Assembly (NCBI RefSeq): GCF_006345805.1
Contig: NW_021824251.1
Span: 1 to 19,451 of the forward strand
Source of the DNA: Octopus sinensis
Lineage: Eukaryota
Direction of reading: 5' to 3'
DNA: 19,451 nucleotides
This document shows positions 9,625 to 18,849 of this stretch, piece after piece (position 1 is the stretch's first letter; every line of letters begins with the position of its first letter). Made by a program: the position numbers and the translations under genes. The notes beneath the pieces are model-generated. The model did no database searches. It worked only from the letters and a program-made list of their open reading frames with translations, and had not been told where the DNA came from.

Positions 9625-10050
9625 TTTATAATCACACTGATGGCAGGTTCATGTCTGAAGATGGTAATGAAAAATGGCATGCTCTCAAGCAGCAATGTAA
9701 ACCGATCCTTGCTGCAGGACTTTTCTTCCTGCTTACATTCAACAGTTTTAAAGTGAGAATCGGTCAGCACGACCCAATCCCACTCTTTAGACTTGGAGGT
9801 CAATGAGATGGCTGTGGTGACCAGAAAGCTGTAGGTTTTACACTGGAGTGGCCTCCTCTTAGATCAATTGCCTTATGAGGATGGAGAGCTCCACCTTCCT
9901 TGGAGTTGCCAGAAAGATATCAAAATGGGGACTAGATTGCATGAGGGGCTCCATTCTTTGATTTGCTGTTGATGCTGACTTCCCTGGTCTTTATCCTTTC
10001 CTAAGACACTCAAAAAGCAATGAGGGTTTGTACTTGGAATTTCTGCCCTG

Positions 10051-10362
10051 GGTAAAAGGTAAAGACCCCCTTCAGTCACGAACGACCATGGAATTACACC
10101 TAGAAAGTTCCCCTCCAAGGCACAAGTCTGGGCAAGGTTGTTTATGGAAGCCCTCTCCAAGCCACGGATATTATCCAGGGAAGGGCAAAGGTCAATACAG
10201 TTTGGTGCCAATAATGTTGAAATTCATTTATAGAGCTGAGTGAACTGGAACAACATCAAATAAAGTGTCTTGCTCAAGAACACAACACAGAGCTCAGCCT
10301 AGGAATTGAACTCACTACCTCATGATTGTGAGCCCAACACTCTAATCACTGAGTTATGTGAT
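10051..10362 (-). mobile_element. SINE family C, near full length
   Basis: Minus head CATAACTCAGTGATTAGAGTGTTGGGCTCACAATC...GAGTTCAATTCC (tRNA-like), then GTGTTGTGTTCTTGAGCAAGACACTTTA (CORE/V-like motif); tail ends in TTTACC repeats. Confidence 0.75.
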
Positions 10363-10384
10363 TCCACCATGCTAATTAACCCAT

Positions 10385-10533
10385 AACTTGGACTCTGATA
10401 GGTGTTACTACCCTGGGGCAGAGTAGACCTGAAAACAATAATGGCTAAGAGGTGGTTCCACTCTCCTCAAAGCCCTGGAATTCTTGAACCAAAGTTCCAC
10501 CACCTGATGCATTTTAATGTCATACCCAGGACA
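10385..10533. mobile_element. Probable dispersed repeat fragment (unclassified)
   Basis: Resembles from memory a retroposon segment (…TGATGCA..TTA.TGTCATACCCAGGACA). Single copy in this window. Confidence 0.35.
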
Positions 10534-10647
10534 ACTGCAAAAGTAACATATACTTAAAGTTCCTGTATTTTCAAGAATCCAAATTAGATGTTTGGTTAGT
10601 CCACATTATTCTGTAAAGAACATATGGTCAGTTTCTTGGTTTCTCTG

Positions 10648-10818
10648 ATGTATATATTCCCCTACTGGACACCGGTCAGTTGCAAGATTATTTATTTTTA
10701 CCAGCCGAGTGGACTGGAGTAACATGAAATGAATGTAACACATCACCCAATCCAGGAATCGAAATCATAATCTTACTATCATGAATCCAACACCCTAACC
10801 ACTGAGCCACTTGTCTCC
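10648..10818 (-). mobile_element. SINE with family-C-like tRNA head and a different tail
   Basis: A-box TGGCTCAGTGG and B-box-like TTTCGATTCC; shares GC.GAGTG.ACTGGA..AACAT.AAAT with 10235-10262. Confidence 0.7.
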
Positions 10819-10939
10819 TCAAATTAAACGCTTGCAATCTACCAATTCCAATTTGGTAATTCTACACATGATTTGTTCCAATAGTTACTATACTAACCTA
10901 CAACCTTTTTAAATGACTGGGTGTTTAACACTTGGTACT

Positions 10940-11150
10940 TAAGCTAATCAAATCTGGTTTAAATATTCTACTTGTTTTATTTTCAAGCTGGCCAGATCAG
11001 GCCTCTCACTCTTACCCCACAATGTCATTCTAAAACTAAACAATTACATTGCTGAAACCTTGAAGCTACAGGATAATGCATAGTTATTTCAAAACAACGT
11101 GAATAAATAAATTTTACAGTTGACAGAGTGATCTGTGTGCTAAATGAATA
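10940..11150. mobile_element. Second, inverted and decayed copy of the piggyBac-type MITE
   Basis: AAATATTCTAC.TGTTT...CCAGATC.GGCCTCTCAC.CTTACCC..CAATGT.ATTCTAA is the reverse complement of 1992-2064. Confidence 0.8.
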
Positions 11151-11321
11151 AAGTTGGTCTAATACTTAGAAAACTTCTGAAATTCAATAGAATTTTAATT
11201 AAGCAAATTACAATAATCAAATTGGAATATAGCAGTGTCAATGTGGCAAATTAATTCCGTTTTTGTTGGATGCTTGTTAACAGGCACACCTTTCTCTTTC
11301 TCTGTTTGGGTTGCATTAGAA

Positions 11322-11650
11322 ATCATCATCATCATCATCATCATCGTTACCACCACCGCTGTCTCCGCCACCTCCACCACCACTATCATCACGTCCTTAT
11401 CATTACTACCTATACCAGCACCAGCACCACCATTATCATCACTGCCACCACCACCACTGCCACCACCGACGCCACCACCACTACCATCATCATCTTCATC
11501 ATCACCACTACTACCACAACCACCACCACCACTACCACTACCACTGCCGCCGCCACCACCACCTCCGCTGCCACCACGACCACCACCTCCGCTGCCACCA
11601 CGACCACCACCATCACCACCACCACAATCATAACTGTCATTATCATCATC
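11322..11650. repeat. Compound (CAT)/(CAC)/(CCG) trinucleotide tract
   Basis: About 330 bp of in-phase trinucleotide variants, including a 24-bp unit x2 (CCACCACCTCCGCTGCCACCACGA). Confidence 0.95.
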
Positions 11651-12390
11651 TTTGCCACTTTAACATTCACTCTTCCACTGTTGCATGGGCCAGATAGGAA
11701 TTCATTATAGCAGATTTTCTATGGCTAGATGTCCTTCTAGTCATCAGTCAGTCTTCGCCTGTTTCTGAGTAATCTAATATTTTCCTTTGACCTGACATCC
11801 TTTCAGAGAAGACTGAGGTACTCTGTTTGGGGTACCATGTTTGTGTGATGGTGGCACTCATTCGTATCAGGACAATTTTCCCTGACAACAACTACCCCCC
11901 AGGACAATTCCCCCTGACAACAACTACCCCCAGGACAATTACCCCACTTGGTTAATTACCCCACCTGGGACAATTCCTCCTGACAACAACTACCCCGCAT
12001 GACAATTACCCCACTTGGTTAATTACTCCACCTTGGACAATTACCCCCACCTAGGACAATTCCCCCTGATGACAACTACCCCCCAGTACAATTACCCCCC
12101 TCTCTAATATATTAAGAAGTTTTAAATCATCATCTGTTGTCCTCTGGGTTAATTGTAAGTGTGGGGTTATTTCCATGGGGTGAGGGTAAATGTCCTCGAC
12201 TCCACTCATTCACAACTATCAACACAATATCAAGAATACACAAGCACACACACACTTTTGAAGGGCTTCTTCTTCCAGTTTATGTCTACCAAATCCACTC
12301 TTAAGACATTGGTTGACCCCTGGGCAATAATTGAAAGCATTTGCTCAAGTTAGTATGTAGAAGGACTAAACCCAGAACCAAGTGGTTGTT
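11640..12390 (-). mobile_element. Old SINE (family-A head with a (GAT)n-type tail), interrupted by 11864-12202
   Basis: Head at 12255-12390 matches family A. 11715-11740 (TTTTCTATGGCTAGATGTCCTTCTA) matches the reverse complement of 17257-17282. The flanks rejoin across the CACTCATTC duplication. Confidence 0.6.
11864..12202. mobile_element. Mutator/foldback-like non-autonomous DNA transposon with subterminal tandem repeats
   Basis: Perfect 9-bp direct repeat CACTCATTC at 11855-11863 and 12203-12211; imperfect G-initial TIRs GTATCAGGACAATT / AAATGTCCTCGACTC; array of GACAATT-CCCC motifs at 11870-12100. Confidence 0.8.
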
Positions 12391-12718
12391 TCAGCCACCA
12401 GTCGAAAGAATTGAACCCAATACTTCTTTCTTTAAGTCTGGTATTCTTTCTATCAGTCTCCTTTGCCCAACCACCAACTACAGGGACGTAAACAAATATT
12501 GGTTGTCAACTGCTAATGGGGAACAAGCATAGACATACACACACACATATATATATAACAGGTTTCTTTCATTCCCTGTTTACCAAATCCACTCAGAAGG
12601 CTTTGGTCAGCCCGAGGTTATAGTAGATGACACTTGCTTAAGATGCCACACAGTGGATATGAACCTGGAAGCATGTGGTTGAGAAGCAAACTTCTTACCA
12701 CACAGCCACACCTGTGCT
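12390..12718 (-). mobile_element. SINE family A, tail-truncated
   Basis: Colinear with 3125-3459; head ends CACAGCCACACCTGTGCTT. Confidence 0.85.
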
Positions 12719-12955
12719 TATATGATACAAAATTTCCATTTTAAATTGATCAAAATTAAAATTTTCCACCAAAAATACTTCAGACTGATTTAGGGTTTCA
12801 GAGTCCAGTTTAATAATAACAAAGTGATCTTACTAAATTCTCCTTAATTTCAAAATTAATTGACGCAAAACCAATGTACTTCTACAGAAATGTAATAATG
12901 GAACAGGTTAATCTATTAAATGTGAACTGTAACAAATCAAAATAAATTTTCAATA

Positions 12956-13164
12956 CAGTAATCCCTGGATTATCGCAGGTCTTATGTTACAAAACCTGCC
13001 ATGATAGGTGGATATCTACAAAGTAGAAACAGTACTGTAATGTATATTTAAAAAAATTATTTCTATAATTTGCATATTTCTATTTTATTATCAATACAAA
13101 ACAACACCACAGAGATATTGACATAAGATTAAATAATAAACTGCAATAAGGCAAGGGATTACTA
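12956..13164. mobile_element. Tigger/pogo-type (Tc1/mariner superfamily) MITE
   Basis: TA at 12954-12955 and 13165-13166; ~23-bp TIRs CAGTAATCCCTGGATTATCGCAG / CTGCAATAAGGCAAGGGATTACTA. Confidence 0.85.
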
Positions 13165-13171
13165 TACATCT

Positions 13172-13213
<42 letters not shown>

Positions 13214-13228
13214 TATATAATATATATA

Positions 13229-13348
13229 CTGCAATCCCACGACTATCGTGGATTATGTTCGGAAACCCCACGTGATGGGTGAAAATCCATGAAGTAGAAA
13301 CAGTATAGCACAGTATATTTTAAAAATATTTTTTATACTTTGTATACA
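13229..13348. mobile_element. Second, truncated copy of the Tigger-type MITE
   Basis: Colinear with 12956-13075 (shared AAGTAGAAACAGTA); ends at the Helitron. Confidence 0.8.
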
Positions 13349-13862
13349 TATATATATATAAAACTGTAGTTGTGTGAGTGTCTGTCTCCTACGATTTAGA
13401 TTCCTAACTCCTCCCACATTTTGCGGTGCAGTTTAACCAAATTCGGGTATCTTATAGTCGTGATTAATATCGAGCCCGTCTGGCTATTAGCGCGCATCTA
13501 CGATGAGTTTATGATTTTAAAAATAATTTAACATCATTTTTTATTCCATTTTAATGCATAATTTTTCGTGTATCGATGGCGGCGGAGTTGGCGTCCACGC
13601 TCACACCTGCACCTGTGTTGCTTCTCCCCCTTCTTCCCTCCCTCGTGAAGCTGTGGGGAAGGGAGTTTAAGGAAATCAACGTCGTAAAGCGTTGTCAAGG
13701 AGACCAGCGTTCTTTTAGAACAATGACTTCATGGCTTGAAGACACCAAAACAGAAATGGCTAAGAAAGCCCGAATTGGCATCTATAAAGGAAGTAACTCT
13801 CTAAAAATGCTTATATAGTTATTTCCCTTACAAACCCGAGCAACGCCGGGCGATACTGCTAG
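13349..13862 (+). mobile_element. Non-autonomous Helitron (~510 bp)
   Basis: 3' hairpin CCCGAGCAACGCCGGG followed by CGATACTGCTAG|T. The 5' TATATATAAAACTGTAGTTG resembles the start of the 9235 element, with the TC blurred in (TA)n. CpG-rich, so probably younger. Confidence 0.85.
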
Positions 13863-13897
13863 TGTATATATATATATCAGCATTTTTCTCCATCAAG

Positions 13898-13978
13898 GAC
13901 TGGGGTCGATGTATCTGACTTGCCTCCCCCACCCCGCCCTCAAAATTGCTGGCCTTGTGCCGAAATTTGAAAGCGATT
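13898..13978 (+). mobile_element. SINE-B 3' fragment
   Basis: ACTGGGGTCGATGTATCTGACTT...AAAATTGCTGGCCTTGTGCCGAAATTTGAAA. Confidence 0.75.
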
Positions 13979-14029
13979 TTCAGGAGATACATAAGGTGAT
14001 GAACTGAAAGTATCTTTAGCAAGCCATAC

Positions 14030-14213
14030 AAAATGTTACTAAGTAGCATTTCATCCATCTTTATGTTCTGAGTTCAAATTCCACTGAGGTCGACTTTGCT
14101 TTTCATCCTTTCAGAGGTGATAAAATAAGTACCAGTTATGCACTGGAGTCAATGTTATTGACTCATTCCCTCCCCTAAAATTGCTGGCTTTGCTCTAAAA
14201 CTTGAAACCATTA
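14030..14213 (+). mobile_element. SINE family B
   Basis: GTTCTGAGTTCAAATTCCACTGAGGTCGACTTTGCTTTTCATCCTTTC...AAGTACCAG...GAAACCATTA. Confidence 0.85.
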
Positions 14214-14232
14214 CTCTTGGGATATCCTATTA

Positions 14233-15056
14233 TTCTTTCACTTGTTTCAGTCATTTGAATGTGGCCATGCTGGAGCACCATGCAAAAGAATTTTAGTAGA
14301 AGAAATTGACCCCAGGACTTATTCTTTGTAAACCTAGTACTTAATTCTTTTGGTTTCTTTTTCCAGAGATGTAAACGCACTAACATCTGGTGTCAAGCAA
14401 AGGGGGGAGGGGGAAACACACACACACACACACACATTCTTTTTTAATCTTTTACTTGTTTCAGTCATTTAACTGCGGCCATACTGGAATACCGCCTTTA
14501 GTTGAACAATTCGAACCCAGGACTCATTCTTTGTAACCTAGTACTTATTGTATATGAACTGCTAAGTTCGGATGTAAACACACCAACATCAGTTGTCAAG
14601 GGGCAGTGGGGGTTGGACAAACCTACACACACACTCACACATGTGCGCACACGCACACATACATATATACGACGGGCTTATTTCAGTTTCCGTCTACCAA
14701 GTCCACTCACAAGGCTTTGATCGGCCCAAGGCTATAGTAGAAGACACTTGCCCAAGGTGCCACGCAGATCCATGTGGTTGGGAAGCAAGCTTAGTGGGTT
14801 TTTTTCAATTTCCATCTACCAAATTTATCCACAAGGCTCTGATTGCCCCAAGATTATAGTAGACGACACTTGCCCAAGGTGCCATGCAGTGGGACTGAAC
14901 CCAGAACCATGGGATTGGGAAAGAAACGCATATGCGCACACACATATATATGACAGGCTTCTTTCAGTTTCTGTCTATCAAATCCACTCACCTAACTCAG
15001 GTTGGCCCAAAGCTATAGTAGAAGACACTTGCCCAAGCCCAAGGTGCCACACAGTA
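14233..15056 (-). mobile_element. Stack of four co-oriented family-A SINE pieces (14233-14435, 14448-14792, 14800-14922, 14935-15056)
   Basis: Tail motif TTGTTTCAGTCATTT x2 and GACACTTGCCCAAG x3, all in the same orientation. Confidence 0.85.
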
Positions 15057-15828
15057 TGGAGAATTATATTAACGTATTTCATTTCATGTGTTTAAATTTG
15101 CATATCAGCTAATTTAGTATTTATTAGTTTTAACCATGAAGTTTTTGAAACACCCCATTCTAAATTTTGCATCAAGTTTTTTTTTTATTTACCTTTCTTT
15201 TTTTATTCTTTGACAAATGGTTTTCGGTAAAAACTCTATGTTAAACATGAGACAATCAGAATCTTCAATTTTTTCATATTTATTTATCTGTTTTACTTTT
15301 TATTCATTTCAATCAGATTCAAACAGATTCAAAGTTAAGGGATTCATTGCTACTTTCTTTTTTTCCCTTTTTTTTGCTTTTTCACCTTTCTTTAATATAT
15401 ATGCATTTATGAATATAAAAAGGAGATTTCTAGTGTGTGCGTATATAAATATATTTTATTTGTCTTTGCAGTGTAATAAATATTAATACATTTGGTTTGC
15501 ATTTGTAATTGCGTTTTCATCCTTAATAAATCGAAACAGCAGAATTCTAAATTTTCAGAAAGTGTAAACTATGACAATACTAATGCTATCTTTGAATACC
15601 CGTTACATTCATTATCAAAAATAATACAGCTATTACATGATATTTTTGTTCTATATCCATGTAATTAACATAACAATGCACTTATTATTGTTTTTCGTGG
15701 TTTTTTTTGTATTTAAAGGAAAATACATTTCATATTGTTTTAAGAAAAGGGATTGAAAAACACAGCACAATTTCTTTCAGATTCTGAAAATTTGATGTTC
15801 AAAACATAAAAGTATCCACAGAGCATTT

Positions 15829-15830
15829 GT

Positions 15831-15864
<34 letters not shown>

Positions 15865-15945
15865 TTCTTTCCTTCCTTCCTTCTTTCTCTTCCTTCCTTC
15901 CTTTTTTCTCTTCCTTCCTTCCTTTCTTTCTTTCTTTCTTTTTTT
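15829..15945. repeat. (TTTC)n/(TTCC)n compound tetranucleotide repeat
   Basis: Direct reading. Confidence 0.95.
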
Positions 15946-16079
15946 GCAAAAATGAAGACTCATTGATGACATATTATAGATTGCATTAAAAATTCTATGA
16001 TGAAATGAATAACAGTTGCTCATTTTTTCTTTTTATTTGGCATTTGATAGAATGACATACTATAAAATCAAAATAGTTT

Positions 16080-16187
16080 TGATTGGCCCGAGGCTATAGT
16101 AGAAGACACTTACCCCAGGTGCTATGCCGTAGGACTCAACCTAGAACCATGTGGTTGGTAAGCAAGCTACTTACCACACACCACTCC
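16080..16187 (-). mobile_element. SINE family A head
   Basis: GGCCCGAGGCTATAGTAGAAGACACTT...GCAAGCTACTTACCACAC. Confidence 0.85.
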
Positions 16188-16533
16188 TTTTGCTAAGTTA
16201 CTGCTAAGTTACGGGGATATATATATATATATACACGGAAGCACACACACACACACACACTCATTCACATGCACGCATGCACTCACACTTACACATATGC
16301 GTGACCACACCAGTATCAGTTGTCAAGCCATGTTGGGGGGACACACACGACAGACACACACACATATAATACAACAGACTTCTTTCAGTTTCCATTTACC
16401 AAGTCCACTCACAATGCTTTGATCGGCCCTAGGCTATAGTAGTAGACACTTGCACAAAGTGCCAGGCAGTGGAACTGAACTCAGAACCATGTGGTTGGTA
16501 AGCAAACTACTTACCGCACAGCCACTCCTGCCA
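16188..16533 (-). mobile_element. SINE family A with an internal insertion at about 16217-16305
   Basis: Body and head match family A; the GGGGA[CGTAAA]CACACC junction is interrupted. Confidence 0.85.
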
Positions 16534-16534
16534 C

Positions 16535-16579
<45 letters not shown>

Positions 16580-16581
<2 letters not shown>

Positions 16582-16770
16582 GGGAAGGTACGAAAAAAAA
16601 CAAAAGACGAAGGTAGGTGGAGTACAAACAAACAAATGTATTAGTATGCCGCTCAGGAATAGAAATAAAACAGGTCTTTTACGTTTCGAGCCTATGCTCT
16701 TCGACAGAAAAATACACAGAAAAAAAACAAGGAGAGAAAAAAAATGTGTGTAGGAGCTAACGATCTAACA
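16580..16770 (-). mobile_element. Probable Penelope-like element (pseudo-LTR) fragment
   Basis: U-rich minus strand carrying a minimal type I hammerhead-like motif, a hallmark of Penelope-like elements; starts at a (TA)n tract. Confidence 0.55.
16674..16712 (-). ncRNA. Minimal hammerhead-ribozyme-like motif with a variant core
   Basis: Minus strand: TTTTT CTGTCGA A GAGC ATAG GCTC GAA AC GT A AAAGAC. Confidence 0.55.
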
Positions 16771-16855
16771 CCTGGGTTCACCTGAAACCCTTCAAGGTTG
16801 CAGTCATATGACTGAAACAAATAAAAGAATAAAAGAATATGTGTGTGTGTGTGTA

Positions 16856-17134
16856 TGAGTGGCTTGCTTACCAACCACATGGTTCTGGGTTCAGTCCCAC
16901 TGCGTGGCACCTTAGACAGGTGTCTTCTACTATAGCTTCAGGCCAACCGAGGCATTGTGAGTGGATTTGGTAGATGGAAACGGAAAGAAGCCTGTTGTAT
17001 AATGTATATATATATATATGTGTGTGTGTGTGTCTGTGTGGTGTGTCTGTGTGTGTGTGTGTGTGTCTGTGTGTTGTATGTCTGTGTTTGTCCTACCCCC
17101 AACATCACTTGAGATGTGATGCTGGTGTGTTTAC
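16856..17134 (+). mobile_element. SINE family A, 5' two-thirds
   Basis: GCTTGCTTACCAACCACATGGTTCTGGGTTCAGTCCCACTGCGTGGCACC...GATGCTGGTGTGTTTAC. Confidence 0.88.
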
Positions 17135-17182
17135 ACACCACACACATATACATACATACATACATATATATATATTATATAT

Positions 17183-17224
<42 letters not shown>

Positions 17225-17231
17225 CATATAT

Positions 17232-17401
17232 ACTACACTCGCGGAATGGTTGGCATTAGGAAGGGCATCCAGCTGTAGAAACTCTGCTAGATCAGACTGG
17301 AGCCTGGTGCAGCCCCGGGCTTCACAGATCCCGGTCGAACCGTCAACCCGTGCTAGCACGGAAAACGGACATTAAACGATGATGATGATAATGATGATGA
17401 T
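17232..17401 (+). mobile_element. Retroposon 3' tail ending in (GAT)n
   Basis: GGCATTAGGAAGGGCATCCAGCTGTAGAAA...GGAAAACGGACATTAAAC(GAT)n; related pieces at 4228-4346 and 11640-11740. Confidence 0.7.
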
Positions 17402-17718
17402 ACATACATATATATGCATACACACACCACACACACACACATATATATATATTATATATATATATTATATATATACATACATACATACATATATATACAT
17501 GCACATATATACATACATACATATATATATACCATAATATATACACACACATATATATATATACATATACATATATATACATACATACAACATATATATA
17601 TAGATATATATATATACATTATATATATATATATACATATACATACTTATATATATATACATATATATACATGTATAGATATCTAAATACATACATAGAT
17701 ATATGCATACATATAAAC

Positions 17719-17749
<31 letters not shown>

Positions 17750-17890
17750 ATATATACACAACACAATATACATAAATAATATAATATATATATATATATA
17801 CACACACACAAACACATATATACATATATATATTCATATATATATGTGTGTGTGTGTGTGTGTGTATATATATAAATATATATATATATA
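17402..17890. repeat. (TA)n/(TACA)n compound microsatellite
   Basis: Direct reading. Confidence 0.97.
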
Positions 17891-18109
17891 GTTACTGAAG
17901 TCTGTTGAAAATCATTGGAATAACTTGTAAGAATTTTCTGTTGCATTCAAAAATAATTATTACCATGAATAAAACATGTATTTGAACCCAAGTTGTTTCG
18001 GAATTAACATTTGCATCTCTACAATGGAACCAGAAACGGTAAAGTCAGAACTCACAAGGAAGCCTTCATTCATAACCATCACCATTACTCATCAACCAAT
18101 TAAAAATGC

Positions 18110-18476
18110 TACACTCACACACTAACAGTCATACGCGTACATATATAACAAAAAAAATACATACATACAGATACACGCACACACACTCAGGTACATACAC
18201 ACACACACGCATGCACACAAGTACTCACACACACACACACACACACTCTTTCACACATGCATACACACTTTCCCACATACACACTTTCACACGCAATCAC
18301 ATACATGCTCACACGTATACACAAGCACACATACACACACATGCATGGTCAGGTACACACACACAGGCACACACATACACGGAAGCACACACACACACAC
18401 ACACACACTCATACACATGCACGCATGCACTCACACTTACACATATGCGTGACCACGCACACACATAACACACACT

Positions 18477-18507
<31 letters not shown>

Positions 18508-18520
18508 GCCTGTGTGTGCA
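18110..18520. repeat. Cryptic (CA)n tract
   Basis: Direct reading. Confidence 0.95.
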
Positions 18521-18849
18521 TATTTGATCTGGTTTTTAGGGATAGCTGTAGGTTCATGTTGGTTGTAGTGAATAGATAAATACATACATTAAACATAGAA
18601 TAAAAAGAAAAGAAACAAAAATGGTAAAAGAAAAAGGAAAAGGAAAAATAAAAGAGAGAGGGGGGTGGGGGTAAATGAAGGAAGCTAAAACATAACCTAA
18701 TCAGAGAACTGTGGTCGGGGGGGGGGGTAGGAGGGGTTCGTGGGGTGGTGGTGGAAGATATTCGACACCAACAACTGCGGGGTGACAACAGACAATGATG
18801 AAATTACAGGAAAAGAGTGTAAGGAAGAAAGAAGCTACTGAGGAAAGAG

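Noticed and set aside
10740-10818. tRNA gene
   Set aside because: A/B boxes are present, but I see no intact cloverleaf and it continues into SINE body sequence.
11235-11710. Poly-Pro/Thr/His ORFs
   Set aside because: Trinucleotide-repeat artefacts at a retroposon tail.
11870-12100. CRISPR-like or telomere-like array
   Set aside because: Inter-repeat segments are themselves repeated, and the array lies inside a TIR/TSD-bounded element.
13576-13818. 80-aa ORF with a good start context
   Set aside because: Inside a non-autonomous Helitron; no Rep/helicase or other recognisable motif.
15060-16075. 3'UTR or terminal exon (U-rich, several AATAAA)
   Set aside because: Such motifs are expected by chance at this AT content, and no upstream coding exon was found.
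17343-18568. Tyr/Ile and His/Thr ORFs
   Set aside because: Translations of (TA)n and (CA)n.
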